A DNA stretch of 64,000 nucleotides from Escherichia coli (GCF_024223415.1 NZ_CP100500.1); one strand, 5' to 3'; shown: positions 20,858 through 32,128, counted from the first letter of the stretch. The notes: a model not told the origin generated them from the sequence alone. Translations and numbers: made by a program.

Positions 20858-23800
20858 TTGTCACCTCCGGACAGATGTTGCAATGTATTTTCGTCAATTG
20901 GCCCGAATGCAACGTGCCAACCTCTGGTTGTGAATAATGGAATAAATTCTTGATTATCAATAATCAATGCCCATTTTTGTGATGGCCAGGCGAGATCGGC
21001 TTCCGCAATAATTTCACCTTCATCATTTTGCAATTCGTAGCCGAGAGTCGGCGCAGAGAGAGAATGAGACTGAAGCAACGCGATCTCTTCAGCGCTTAAT
21101 AAGCCAAACTCAATAATCTCAGCCCAACTCTCATCAGTCTCTGGTACTGCCTCTGGCGTTGCCGAAACTTTAGTGTCAACGCTTTCCTGCGGTAAATGCA
21201 CGGCTTTACGGCTGGTAAAGGTCATATCCGGCAGGAACTGTAACAGGTTTACCAGTCGCCAGAAGCCATTGAGTCCCGCTTCATAACCGTCATCCTGCGT
21301 ATAGCGATCGTCAAAACAGATATGCAAACGCAGCCAGCTGCGCATTTGTGCGACGCTGGTCGTCGGTTTAATGGCTTGTTGTGGCAACACCGAAGCCAGC
21401 TCAATAAATTGCTGCGATGAGTTACAGCTATCGAGTAAACCACCAAAGACAAACGGTTCGTCTGGCAAAAGCTCTGCTAGCCGCCAGGCTGGCGCGTTTT
21501 CCTGCATTTCATAGGCATACTTTTGTTTCGTTCCCGCGTCCTGTGACTTCTTCACATCCAACCACACCCAGGCATGTGCAGCAGCCATTCTCTGCCATAA
21601 CTGCGTTCTTCCGCCCGGATCGGCGAGATAATCCAGCAGCAGTGCAAAACTGTTGCGTTCCCGGAACGACGCTTCAAGGGCCGCAAAGTTGGTATCGTGA
21701 AACAGGTTATAAAACTTAGGCTGTTTCATATCCGGGTTATGCCCAAGTCCCAGGACATCCTGAACATGTTTAAGCCCAGGCTCTTTGAGATCGGCCCACG
21801 TGACTGTCCACACCCAGAAATTACCGCTATCCCGAATCGCCTGGCGTTTTTGCACATCCTCTGCGACGCTATTTTTGTGGAACGCAAAGCCATCAAGGAA
21901 AATAGCCACCGGTTTAATGACATCAGACTGCATAAGCGGATATAGCACGTAATCCGGGCGACAAGGGATCCCCACCGCCTCTTTAGCGCCTAAATCCACC
22001 TGAGCTTTAAGATGCCAGCTCATCATCGGTTCGCTGCGGGTGTTAATAATCCACCCAGCGCCCTGATGCGCGTAACTGCGACTGACAATCAGGTTTTTAT
22101 TTTCTTGCAGGCAGCTAATAAACCGTTTTTCCAGCTCACTGCCCATCATGGCTTCGAGGGAAATGTTTTTGATGGAATCAATTACCCGTATCGAATCTCT
22201 TGCCTGCAAAATTTTCGCCAGCAAGAGACGCGCCTGATCGCGGGAGACATACTTCATGCGCCCACGGTCACGGTAAGCGTAAACGCAACGATAACAACCA
22301 TCTTTATGCGTATCATTGTTGCAACTGCATTCCACTATTGCCTGATAGGCCAGTTCAAGTAATTTCAGCAAATTGTCGGGAGTGCGCATCAGCTCTTTAA
22401 GAGAACCAGTTCCCCCCGGGACGGTATCGTAAATCACCAGATACTGCCTCCAGGATTCGCCTTCATTTTCCGGCTCGCGGTACACAACGCCTTTCAGGTG
22501 ATCGACATTCCCCTTGAAGTAATGTTTAAGGCCGAGCTGGATCGCCGCCCCAAGAGAAGCCTCCACGACACGGTCATTACTGTAACTGCTTACCGGGAGC
22601 AGAATACGCAACGCTTCTGACTCCAGCTGGCGATAGAGATAGAGATAATCTTCGAACTTCGCCTTTTCCGGTTCCGTGCGATATTTGCAGCTCAAATCAT
22701 GACGTGGTTCATGATCGCGAGGACGCTGCACCATGCCGCACCCGAGGCAAACTTTAAACCCGGTTCGCTTCTTCGCTTCTCCGGCAATCATCAACTCATT
22801 GGCATCATCCGCCATTTTGCCGAAGTTGATATCCCGCAGGGTGACTTTGCTTAAAAATTCAAAACCAAACGGAACTTCGCCTTCCTCAATCGCGTATGCC
22901 GCCGATACATCTTCTTTTTCGAAACTAACCAATAGCTGACGCTGGAAGAAAGCAGGTTCACGGCTGTCGCTATCGTCGCTGATCTGGCTATCACGTGCGC
23001 TGGCGCGGGCATAAACCTGGCGAAGTTTCAGCAGCGTGGTTTTTTGTCCGGCATCGGCCCACCCCGGTGTGCCACATTTCGGGCAATATTTATGCTGGTC
23101 GCCCGTCTGGTCGATATTTTCGCTGTAGTTACAGTGGCTACAGATACGCCAGTTCTCCGGCTCAGAGACCTTCAGGTCTATCTGCTCAATTTCAACTTTA
23201 TGCCCACCGGCATAGAAATTATTCAGCGGAGCCAGCTCAGCCAGCGCCGTTGATGCCGGGCGTTCATATTCGAAAGTGGTGTTTTGATATTCACGCGCTT
23301 CCCCGCCTTCTTTACGCCGCCAGAGCACAGAACGTAACGTAATACCGGCTTCCGGGAAGGCGTAGTTAGGCAGCAGACCTTCATCCGTGAGGAAATTCAG
23401 CGTTTGCTTATTGTTGATTTGATTGACCAGCGCCATCAGCGCCTGCCGTTCTGAAGTCAGTTCGCGCATATCGCTGTCAAAGTTTTGATCGCGCGGCGCG
23501 TTCTCCAGTTTATCGATGCTGCGCTTGAGTTTATCGATGCGTGAGCGCAAAGATTTGCGATCTTCCACCAGCAGTTTTAACGCTTCTTCGATACGCTGCA
23601 CCAGCGAACGTTGCCCTGGCGCGCCCTGAAGATAAGACAACAGCTGTTGGCGAGTTTCTGCGGCAAGATCGGGGAAGATCGCCGTAAATTGTGCAGCAAT
23701 CTCCGCATGATGCTGTTCGATATATCGCAGTAAGTTATACGGAAAACCCGATTTACGCCCGAACTCCAGCTCATCCAGCATCTGTTTGACGTTTTTACAG

Positions 23801-26800
23801 ATAGCGGATTCTGGTACACCGGTTTTCACCCAGTTATCCATACAAAAAGCTGCCAGCTGGCGTTCGAGAATAGCCGTTGCATTGAGGAAGACGCCAGGAG
23901 CCTGCACCTGGCCCTGCATCATCTCCAGCGGTTCTTCAAAGAAAAACTGATCGTGCGGGTTCCCTTCTGCCACGGTAATGTTTAACGCGTTACCATCTTT
24001 ACGACCGGCGCGACCAATACGCTGCAAGTAGTTGGCCTGAGCAGGTGGGACAGAACAGAGTAAAACGGTGGAAAGATCGCCAACGTCAATACCCATCTCC
24101 AGCGTCGGTGTTGCCGACAACAGGTTGATATTCCACGGTTGGTTGCCGCGGTAGAACGATTTTTCGGTGGCTTCGCGATCTTCACGGCTAAGCAGCCCCG
24201 TGTGTTCTGCGCCCTGTACGCGCGCGATGTCCATGTTCTCCCAACGCCAGGTCGCCGTATTGTCGACTTCCTGGTAACGACCTTCACAACGTAAAGAGAG
24301 ACAAGGCGCATTACGCCACTGCCAGCCTTGATCGGCCGGAGCCCGGACAACCTCACGGCAACATGAACAATTAAGCTGAACGACGTCACGGCTCACCACC
24401 AGCGCCGAAGGCACCAGTCCCCAGGCTTCACGCCCTTTGGTGTCAAAATCTTTTACTACTCCGGCTATTTTCAACGCCGTAAACAGGCGTCGTAACACTG
24501 TTTCCGCAACGCTACTGATAAACAGATTATTGCCGTTACTCAGCGTGCGATTGATCCAATGCTGATACCAACTGGGGTTAGACTTCGCGCCAATCAGGCG
24601 ATGGAAACCATTAATTTTTTCAAACGACGCATAAGCCGGTTTACGCGTTTTCGGACCGATAGAAGGCATATAGCGCGAGGTACGCTCTTTTTGCGTCATC
24701 ATAAAGGTCGTGCCATCACGGCGATAACTTTCGAACGCCGGATGCATAACGGCCCCGGCCTGGCGTTGATACCAGATAACCCCCAGCGCCAGGTGCGCGA
24801 CCTGCTCGACGCTCACACCGGACATCTCATCACCCAGCTCTTCACAAAGCTGTTGATGCAGGGCGGTAATTGCCGGATTAAAGCGTTCTTTATCCACTCC
24901 GGCAACGGCATAACCGGTGGCTTCCAGCGTACGTCCGATACGCGCGCGCAGGGTGAATTCGCTGTACACCTCCCAGTCGAGGCGCAGGGAAACCAGCTCC
25001 GGCAGATCGGAGTTCTCCGCCAGTTTGCCTTCATTTTTCAGCATCTGATAATCATTCAGCCACTGCATATTTGGTGCGATGAAGTTCGCTGCAAAATGAG
25101 CATCGTCCGGTGAACGTTCACGCGTTTGTTGGCAAACACGCGCCGCGAACGCATCCAGCGGTAATGTCTCTTTTTCGCCAAGAACACTGGCGATTTGCCC
25201 ACGAATCATCAGCGGCCAGGTACGGGCAGTAAAGAAGCTGGCACGATGCGCGGCGTCTTGTACCGAGTCAGAAAACGTAATCAGCTTTTTATGTTCGTTG
25301 AACTGGCTGCCATAAAGCTGGTGAATCATCACCGCCGACAAACTGGCAGCCCGTGACCCCAGGATCGAAATCCCCTGTTTGCTGTTGCAGTACGGGCATT
25401 CATTAGCAAACTCCAGCTCGTCCTTACGCTCTTTGAGCATATCCGGGATCAGTACCTGCAACAGTTCCGTATGACCGCAATGTCCACACTGGACGCTGGA
25501 CTGTCGGTTCAGTTTCAGACAGGTAGGACACAGTTTCTGGTGTGCGCCACTGACCGCTTTTTCGTTGTTATCCGGGAAAGCAAGGACGATGGAGCGTCCT
25601 TTTTCAAAGAACTGGCGATAAATGCCGTCGAGGTCTGTTTCCAGCTGAACGCTTTGCCCATGACGCAGGCTGGCCCAGCCAGTTGCGTGGCAGTCACGGC
25701 AGTGGATAACCGGCAAATAGTGTTCGCGATCTTCCACCGCCACATCATCGGCAAACACCAGTCGGGGCGTTTTCGCCACGCTGGCGACCAGACGACGCAT
25801 CTCACGAAGCCACAACTGGGAGCGCAGTTGCACAAACGGCAGCACCGGACGCGCTTTCTTCGCCTGGAGACGTTTTTGCCGATCGTGTTCCGTTTCCGGT
25901 ACTTCGAGACGTGCCTGTGCGATCAGCGCCAGAATGCTTTGCAGCACGCGTCGGGCATGGTCGGCGCTTTCTGCCAGCATGACCTGGAGATTTTCCAGAC
26001 ACTCTCGTTCAGAGAGGATCCCGCCTTGCAGATCATGGAGTAAGACATGCATCACGCTGTGGCGGCGTAACAGTGACCCCAGCGCAATACGCTTTTCACG
26101 CCCGTCGTCGCTCTCCAGATCGTCCGGGAGTTGCAAGTCGCTGTCGGGGAACCACAAAGGGATTTGCCCGTTAAGATACGCTACCGGGGTAGCGTAACTC
26201 TGCGGGTCCAGGGCCGAAGCGACCTCCGGCCCCGGATACTGACTGTACGCAATGGCGTAATCCTGCAAGTACTCCGCTGCCGTGTAGCGATCTTCGCGAA
26301 TAACGGCGTCATCGGTAAACGGCTGGTCAAAGATTGTTTTTGCGTAATCGAGCAGTTGCCCCAGCTCGTCGCCGACGGTAGCTGATGTCCCGACGCAGGC
26401 GAATCGTTGGTTATCTACACCTATGTGATGCTTCAGACGTCGCACCAGACAGGCCAGATCCGACCCTTGCGCGCCATCAAACGTATGCAATTCATCCACG
26501 ACCAGGTAACGCAATGAACCGGGCTGGTTGTAACGCCAGAGCGGCTGATCGCCAGGGCGCATCAGCAGGTAGTCGAGCATTTTGTAGTTGGTCAACAGGA
26601 TGTCCGGCGGGCTTTCGCGCAGCGTGTGCTTGCAGGTAATGACCTTTTCTGCCGACATTTTTTTGCTGGGTTCGATTTCGCTGTCGCCGACAAACAGGCC
26701 GACGGTCACCTTGCCATGCAGTTGTGTATCGCTGGCGATGGTTTTGGCGAAACGGCTGGCCTGATCGGTTGCCAGGGCGTTCATCGGGTAGATGATAATC

Positions 26801-27195
26801 GCTTTAACCCCGGCTTGTGACGCGCCCGCGCAGTGGTTGAGCAGCGGGAACATAAAGCATTCTGTTTTACCGGAGCCGGTACCGGTAGCAACCAGCGTCG
26901 GCTGTGGCGCGTCGCTTCCCAGACGCTGAAATGCCCGGGCCTGATGCGCGTGCGGCGGGAACGGCAGCGTCAGATTAGGGAAGAAATTCAGCGGTAAGTC
27001 ACTTTTACGAAACGGCAACTGGGCGGAAAGGTATGGTCCTTTCAGCAGCGTTTCGGGCTGGGCCAGAAATTGCTCCAGCATTGAGACATTATCGTTATTC
27101 TCACCGTTAAACAGCGGACTGTTTAGCGGGAACGCCGCCCGTAAAAAGGCGGCAACGCTGTCGGCGACCTGCCGACTGACAACGGATGGCAGCAT
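20854..27195 (-). CDS. 2113-aa DEAD/DEAH-box helicase with Cys-rich DUF1998-like region (DrmA+DrmB-like or DruE-like giant helicase)
   Basis: Motif I ATGTGSGKTECF, motif II VVDELHTFDG, motif VI QRIGRAGRKDG about 800 residues later, then CxxC clusters (CSHCNYS…CPKCG, CLGCG, CSCNND…CYRCV). C-terminal PDYVLYP…IFLDGFAFH patch might be a nuclease-like fold. Confidence 0.7.
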   Translation of the reverse strand: MLPSVVSRQVADSVAAFLRAAFPLNSPLFNGENNDNVSMLEQFLAQPETLLKGPYLSAQLPFRKSDLPLNFFPNLTLPFPPHAHQARAFQRLGSDAPQPTLVATGTGSGKTECFMFPLLNHCAGASQAGVKAIIIYPMNALATDQASRFAKTIASDTQLHGKVTVGLFVGDSEIEPSKKMSAEKVITCKHTLRESPPDILLTNYKMLDYLLMRPGDQPLWRYNQPGSLRYLVVDELHTFDGAQGSDLACLVRRLKHHIGVDNQRFACVGTSATVGDELGQLLDYAKTIFDQPFTDDAVIREDRYTAAEYLQDYAIAYSQYPGPEVASALDPQSYATPVAYLNGQIPLWFPDSDLQLPDDLESDDGREKRIALGSLLRRHSVMHVLLHDLQGGILSERECLENLQVMLAESADHARRVLQSILALIAQARLEVPETEHDRQKRLQAKKARPVLPFVQLRSQLWLREMRRLVASVAKTPRLVFADDVAVEDREHYLPVIHCRDCHATGWASLRHGQSVQLETDLDGIYRQFFEKGRSIVLAFPDNNEKAVSGAHQKLCPTCLKLNRQSSVQCGHCGHTELLQVLIPDMLKERKDELEFANECPYCNSKQGISILGSRAASLSAVMIHQLYGSQFNEHKKLITFSDSVQDAAHRASFFTARTWPLMIRGQIASVLGEKETLPLDAFAARVCQQTRERSPDDAHFAANFIAPNMQWLNDYQMLKNEGKLAENSDLPELVSLRLDWEVYSEFTLRARIGRTLEATGYAVAGVDKERFNPAITALHQQLCEELGDEMSGVSVEQVAHLALGVIWYQRQAGAVMHPAFESYRRDGTTFMMTQKERTSRYMPSIGPKTRKPAYASFEKINGFHRLIGAKSNPSWYQHWINRTLSNGNNLFISSVAETVLRRLFTALKIAGVVKDFDTKGREAWGLVPSALVVSRDVVQLNCSCCREVVRAPADQGWQWRNAPCLSLRCEGRYQEVDNTATWRWENMDIARVQGAEHTGLLSREDREATEKSFYRGNQPWNINLLSATPTLEMGIDVGDLSTVLLCSVPPAQANYLQRIGRAGRKDGNALNITVAEGNPHDQFFFEEPLEMMQGQVQAPGVFLNATAILERQLAAFCMDNWVKTGVPESAICKNVKQMLDELEFGRKSGFPYNLLRYIEQHHAEIAAQFTAIFPDLAAETRQQLLSYLQGAPGQRSLVQRIEEALKLLVEDRKSLRSRIDKLKRSIDKLENAPRDQNFDSDMRELTSERQALMALVNQINNKQTLNFLTDEGLLPNYAFPEAGITLRSVLWRRKEGGEAREYQNTTFEYERPASTALAELAPLNNFYAGGHKVEIEQIDLKVSEPENWRICSHCNYSENIDQTGDQHKYCPKCGTPGWADAGQKTTLLKLRQVYARASARDSQISDDSDSREPAFFQRQLLVSFEKEDVSAAYAIEEGEVPFGFEFLSKVTLRDINFGKMADDANELMIAGEAKKRTGFKVCLGCGMVQRPRDHEPRHDLSCKYRTEPEKAKFEDYLYLYRQLESEALRILLPVSSYSNDRVVEASLGAAIQLGLKHYFKGNVDHLKGVVYREPENEGESWRQYLVIYDTVPGGTGSLKELMRTPDNLLKLLELAYQAIVECSCNNDTHKDGCYRCVYAYRDRGRMKYVSRDQARLLLAKILQARDSIRVIDSIKNISLEAMMGSELEKRFISCLQENKNLIVSRSYAHQGAGWIINTRSEPMMSWHLKAQVDLGAKEAVGIPCRPDYVLYPLMQSDVIKPVAIFLDGFAFHKNSVAEDVQKRQAIRDSGNFWVWTVTWADLKEPGLKHVQDVLGLGHNPDMKQPKFYNLFHDTNFAALEASFRERNSFALLLDYLADPGGRTQLWQRMAAAHAWVWLDVKKSQDAGTKQKYAYEMQENAPAWRLAELLPDEPFVFGGLLDSCNSSQQFIELASVLPQQAIKPTTSVAQMRSWLRLHICFDDRYTQDDGYEAGLNGFWRLVNLLQFLPDMTFTSRKAVHLPQESVDTKVSATPEAVPETDESWAEIIEFGLLSAEEIALLQSHSLSAPTLGYELQNDEGEIIAEADLAWPSQKWALIIDNQEFIPLFTTRGWHVAFGPIDENTLQHLSGGDK

Positions 27196-30100
27196 CAGGC
27201 GTTCTCCTTATCTTGTGCAAAGAACGCCCAGGCCACTTTGTAGTCGTCTTCGCGATCTGGCTTGATAAACGGAGCCTGCCAGGTGACGGTGCGGCGCTCG
27301 CCTTCGTCGCTGCGGGTATAGTCATCAAAGGTGACGCTGACGGTACCGGTTTTCAGATGTTTGACATCATCCCAGCCGATGGCTTGATCGGTGCAGTCAC
27401 CGCCGGTCCACTCCGGGCTGTCGACGTTAAAGACAAAGCTGTTTTTCAGATCAGCTTTACGGGCGGTACGCGGCAGACCGACGCCCACCAGCCCTTTGCT
27501 TGGGGTAAAGATGATGCGGCCGTTTTGGTCGTACCAGGTGTCCGCTTCGTACTGGCGCATCACCGGGAACTGTACACGGTAAATGGTAAGCAGCTCTTCG
27601 AGAGTTAACCCCAGCGCCTGTGCCACCAGCACGTCGATTTCCACCAGCGCCTGACGACGACTGTAGTCGGAGCGTAAGGCGCAGTTACGCTGCCACTCTG
27701 GGGTCAGATTGGTGAAGAAATCTTGTGGCAGCAGCGGGAGATCGCGGCTCCAACGCTGGGTGTTGAAGTCTGGGGTGTAGCAGGATTGCCAGAGATCGGC
27801 GTAATCTTTCGTTAACACATTCAAAGCTAATGCTCTTGAGTTTGCACTCATTAGCTCAACATAAGGGAAGCCACGCAATGTTGATTCATAAACATCCGCC
27901 CGTCCTGTTGTTTTCAAATAAAAATCAGCCACTATTGAATGGCAAAATGCAGAGAAACTTAGCAGGTTTATTGGCTCTCTAAATGTTGTTGAGAGTACAG
28001 GGTGTATATGAGCAACGTGCTTTGGAACTATGCTGGATATCATCGAGCGTTCTGATGATGCCCCAAACATTCTCCGATTAACAAAACGATAATAATCCGT
28101 CACCTTCCTCGGCTCGTCTTCATCCTGCTCTTTCCACGAAACCCGTGGGGTGCGCTTTGCATACTCCTGTGCATCACATGCCGGAATGTAGTTAGTTCGC
28201 GGCAGGTAATCGTCGGGCAGGGTTAATAAATCAAGGCAATCATAATGGCTATTTGCCTCACAGAGAGCTCTTGGTGTCTTATTGAAAGGATTACCCACGA
28301 AGAAATGGGGACCAGACAATACCCATTGAGAAGCATCTTTTGGATACATTGTTTTACGCTCGATAGTGCCATCAATTTGCTGATTTGTTTCATGCCACAT
28401 TTCCAGAGAAAAATACTGGCCTTGCAAATCGCCTAATCGCTTCGGCTGATTGGCAAATTTTTCCAATACCGCGACAAGTTGCTCTGCGTGCAAAGCGGGA
28501 AGACGAGCCTGTAATGCTGGCGTGTCGGGTTCATCATACAAACGAGCAAATAAAGCTAGCTGCTCTTTCGTGACACGAATAAGCCTGGATTTATGACCTT
28601 TAGTATTCCATCGGCTATAGTAAACATCTTTTATATAACCTTCTTCCTTAATGCCACCAACCAATCCATCACCTGAATGCTCAAAACTCTCATCAAGAGT
28701 TGAAGGAATAAAAAGATTATTAATATTAATAAACTCCACGTCGTTCGATTTGGTCATAGAGTAAACATGTGTCCCAAATTTCATTCGACCGTGATCATTT
28801 GTTCCAACAAATAGAGAAAACTCATTTTGATATTGGCAATGTAGACGTAACCTTGGATAGATCTCTTCTCTGAAGAGCCCTCCCTTAGGATCGTCATATA
28901 CCCCCTCTGGGTGAACAAATCCTGCCACGCCTTTCTCTGCCCCCAGACGCCAGGCCTGAGGCAGGAAGCATTTATACAAGTTGGTCTGCACCCCGCGCAG
29001 TACCGGGTAGTTTTGCTGCGCATTGAGGAAGTTTTGCATCCCTTCACAGCCTTCATACTCGCTGCGCCAGGCCGCTTCCAGCGCCGGGATCTGGTTAAAG
29101 GTATCAATACGCAACGTTGCCAGCTTCGATGCACTCAGCTTACGCAGCACAAATTCCGGCTCGTAATCACCCAGCACGCCCGCTTCCTGCCATTCCACTT
29201 TCAGCCACGGCGGGTTTCCGAGCATCAGGTCAAAACCGCCGCGCTCGGCAAACAGGTCGCAGAACTCCAGATCCCAGTGGAAGAAACGGTGCTGCTTTCT
29301 CAGGGCATCGACAATCGCCAGACGCGGCAAATGGCGGAACAGCACATCGGTTTTCAGACGACCAGCAACGGAAAACAGCGAAGACTCTTCTCGCAGCAGG
29401 CCTTCTTCGGCAAACAGATCGCCAGTAGTGCGCTCCGCAACTTCAGTGACTTTTTCCGTAATCACAATCCCGTCGAGCAGGGTTTCAATCTCAAACAACC
29501 AGGTACCGCGATCCGGTAACTCATCGGCTTTGTCGATCGGCCAGAACCACAGCGCGCACCAGTAGTCCATCACCCAACGCAGCTTCTGGTAGGCGCTGTT
29601 ATCTTCAAGACGACCGCTAAAGGTTTCATCTTTACTGCTCAGCGAAGAACGCGTCTGCTCGCTGTTTTCTGCCGGCCACACCGGGTAGCTGTCGGCGGTT
29701 TTCAGACGTTCTGCTTTAAGTTGCTGGCGATAGGTGTTCCACAGTGCTTCCACCTTTTCGCTGATACGCTGCACATCAGCAATCTCATGCCCGGCAAAGC
29801 TTTTAATAAACTCTTTGCGCCAGCTGTCCAGCGCTTTGAAGTCATCCGGATAACGCTGCTTAACAGTTTTATCGCTGTAGTTAGCCATACCGCCGTCGGG
29901 CAGCAGGAAGTGGAAAATCTGCGTCTCTTCACGCGGCGTGTTCATCGCCAGTTCGACCGGCTCGCTGTTAAGCCAGCTAGGATCTTTGGCTTTTTTGTAG
30001 GTCAGTTCGCTCTTGTTGAACACCTGACGGCGCGCGCCCACCAGCGAGTTACCGCAGTGCAGCTGGTAACCAAACCACGGTACAAAGGCATCGCCACTGA

Positions 30101-32126
30101 TGGCGTTCAGCCACAGCGACACTTCCGCCAGCTCCACCGCCACCGGGTTTAAGTCCACGCCGAAAACATTGTTATCGGCAATGTACATTTTCACCCGCTG
30201 TAACTCCTGGGTGTAACGATCCTGCGGAATACGGCGACCTTCCGCCTGCTGCTTGTGGAACAGATACGCTTCCGCCAGCTGGTTGATGGCTTCGTTAAGG
30301 AACGCCGCGCTGCCCATCGCCGGTTCGCACACAGTGAGGTTTAAGATGGCGTCGGCTTTGGCGTGCGGATCGCTAATGGGATCAATCTGCTCCTTAAACA
30401 GTTCTTTCAGGGCATATTTAACCAGTGAGCGGGTCAGCACTTCCGGGGTGTAATAAGAGGCAGATTTCTCACGGTCGCGCCCGGCCATACGGTAGATAAA
30501 GCTGCCTTTGCGGTGAATGCGCAGACTGCCGTCTTTCTCGTAGACCTTCTCGTCTTCGTGGTATTTGCCAATCTCATCCTTACTGACGAAGTAACCTGTC
30601 TCCAGCTCGTTAAACTCTTCCCCGGCTTTCTTCACCTCGTAGAGATCTTCGCTGGCGAAGAATCCACGATAGGAGAGCAGCGCCTCATACACCGCACCCA
30701 ACTGGTTGATACCCAACTGGCGATAAGAAATACGTCCGCGGCGGTTAAAGCGCCCTTTGGCCGGGCGGCTTAACGACATCGCCTGGATAATCTGTTGCAG
30801 GGTTTCGTTACGGAATACCACGCGGTTAAGAATGCGCGTGTTGTTGGCATCAAACAGATGACTTTCCAGACGCGGGACGCTGAACTGATGACTATGGATG
30901 GTGATCCGGTCGCCGCTCTCCAGGTCACTCTGCATTTTCACGCCGCCGTTGTAGCCTTCGCGCACCAGTTTAAACAGCATATTCAGGCTGTCGTGGAAGT
31001 AGCGCCCGTTGCGATCTTCTTCGCTGGTCAGCGGGATCATCTCCAGATCGCGCAACGTTTCCAGACTGTAACCTTGCAGATAGGTTTTGGCTGTCATTGG
31101 CGCATAACCCAGCTCCGGGCGCGCTTCAATGTAGAACAGGAACAGCAGGCGGTACATGTAACGCAGACATTCGCGGCTCAGTTCATCCGGGTCCACCGCA
31201 CGGTTACCGGTATAGTTTGCCAGGCCACGGTCGATCAGATAATGCATCGCTTCGTTGCCCAGCAACTCAATGCTTTCGCGCAGGGCATATTTCAGATCTT
31301 CCGAAACACCAAACGCATGTTTGTGCGAATTGTCATCCAGCGAGTCAAGATAAGGTGCCCCACTGCCCGGCAGCAGAGAATCTTTATGTAACAACACCGC
31401 AGTCGCTTTCAGCGTATCCGTTTCACGACGGCTTAAAATCTCTTCAAAATCAAAACGTAGCAGACGGTTTTGCGCCCACTTAGTACGGTCCAGCAGCAAT
31501 AGCTGACGGTTACCGAGCAGCAGCACAAAACGCGGCGGTTCATTTTGGGTGAAGACCGCCGTAGAGAGCAGATCCTGCCAGCTGCGATATTCACCGTTGG
31601 CTTTTTTGCGCAGGCTGTCGCGCTTATGTTTGTCGGTATCCGCCGGGAATTGCGCGGTCAGTAAGGAGAGCGCCAGCGGATCCAGCGTTCCTTCTTCCTG
31701 ATCGTGTGCTTCAACAATCCACAGCCACGGGCTACCGTCAGTGCTGTTGTAACGCGCCAGTACCGGCAGCGGTGTATCGTCATCCAGCATTTGGATCTGT
31801 GGCGTAATTTCGTAGCCCAGCGCCTTTAACAATGGCTGCCAGCGATTACGTTGATCGGCCAGACGCTGCGGGATCTGACGCTGTTTTTCGTGCTCGGCAA
31901 GTTTGCGGAAAAACTCAGTCGCCAGACTGTTAAACTGGTTCCACGGAGCGCGGTATCCCGGCTCCACGTCTTTGCCCTGTTCACGAGCGGCACGCTCCGC
32001 TTCACGCGCTGCATTTTCCTTGGCTATCCAGGGTTCCAGCACATCGCGGATATCACTGGTGAAAACCTCACCCAAATAGTGGTTAGAGTAAAATTCGTTT
32101 TCGTTATTAATACCGACCAGCGCCAT
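27195..32126 (-). CDS. 1643-aa N6-adenine DNA methyltransferase (gamma-class; DrmMI/PglX-like)
   Basis: SAM-binding motif I …CEPAMGSAAFL… and catalytic motif IV …LGNPPWLKVEW… (NPPW). Its stop overlaps the start of the 2113-aa gene. Confidence 0.8.
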   Translation of the reverse strand: MALVGINNENEFYSNHYLGEVFTSDIRDVLEPWIAKENAAREAERAAREQGKDVEPGYRAPWNQFNSLATEFFRKLAEHEKQRQIPQRLADQRNRWQPLLKALGYEITPQIQMLDDDTPLPVLARYNSTDGSPWLWIVEAHDQEEGTLDPLALSLLTAQFPADTDKHKRDSLRKKANGEYRSWQDLLSTAVFTQNEPPRFVLLLGNRQLLLLDRTKWAQNRLLRFDFEEILSRRETDTLKATAVLLHKDSLLPGSGAPYLDSLDDNSHKHAFGVSEDLKYALRESIELLGNEAMHYLIDRGLANYTGNRAVDPDELSRECLRYMYRLLFLFYIEARPELGYAPMTAKTYLQGYSLETLRDLEMIPLTSEEDRNGRYFHDSLNMLFKLVREGYNGGVKMQSDLESGDRITIHSHQFSVPRLESHLFDANNTRILNRVVFRNETLQQIIQAMSLSRPAKGRFNRRGRISYRQLGINQLGAVYEALLSYRGFFASEDLYEVKKAGEEFNELETGYFVSKDEIGKYHEDEKVYEKDGSLRIHRKGSFIYRMAGRDREKSASYYTPEVLTRSLVKYALKELFKEQIDPISDPHAKADAILNLTVCEPAMGSAAFLNEAINQLAEAYLFHKQQAEGRRIPQDRYTQELQRVKMYIADNNVFGVDLNPVAVELAEVSLWLNAISGDAFVPWFGYQLHCGNSLVGARRQVFNKSELTYKKAKDPSWLNSEPVELAMNTPREETQIFHFLLPDGGMANYSDKTVKQRYPDDFKALDSWRKEFIKSFAGHEIADVQRISEKVEALWNTYRQQLKAERLKTADSYPVWPAENSEQTRSSLSSKDETFSGRLEDNSAYQKLRWVMDYWCALWFWPIDKADELPDRGTWLFEIETLLDGIVITEKVTEVAERTTGDLFAEEGLLREESSLFSVAGRLKTDVLFRHLPRLAIVDALRKQHRFFHWDLEFCDLFAERGGFDLMLGNPPWLKVEWQEAGVLGDYEPEFVLRKLSASKLATLRIDTFNQIPALEAAWRSEYEGCEGMQNFLNAQQNYPVLRGVQTNLYKCFLPQAWRLGAEKGVAGFVHPEGVYDDPKGGLFREEIYPRLRLHCQYQNEFSLFVGTNDHGRMKFGTHVYSMTKSNDVEFININNLFIPSTLDESFEHSGDGLVGGIKEEGYIKDVYYSRWNTKGHKSRLIRVTKEQLALFARLYDEPDTPALQARLPALHAEQLVAVLEKFANQPKRLGDLQGQYFSLEMWHETNQQIDGTIERKTMYPKDASQWVLSGPHFFVGNPFNKTPRALCEANSHYDCLDLLTLPDDYLPRTNYIPACDAQEYAKRTPRVSWKEQDEDEPRKVTDYYRFVNRRMFGASSERSMISSIVPKHVAHIHPVLSTTFREPINLLSFSAFCHSIVADFYLKTTGRADVYESTLRGFPYVELMSANSRALALNVLTKDYADLWQSCYTPDFNTQRWSRDLPLLPQDFFTNLTPEWQRNCALRSDYSRRQALVEIDVLVAQALGLTLEELLTIYRVQFPVMRQYEADTWYDQNGRIIFTPSKGLVGVGLPRTARKADLKNSFVFNVDSPEWTGGDCTDQAIGWDDVKHLKTGTVSVTFDDYTRSDEGERRTVTWQAPFIKPDREDDYKVAWAFFAQDKENA

Positions 32127-32128
32127 GA

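Noticed and set aside
21249-26820. Numerous 60-190-aa ORFs on both strands inside the 2113-aa gene (for example 24559..25113, 25471..26043)
   Set aside because: All are nested within a long ORF carrying ordered helicase motifs; typical shadow ORFs of a GC-rich gene.
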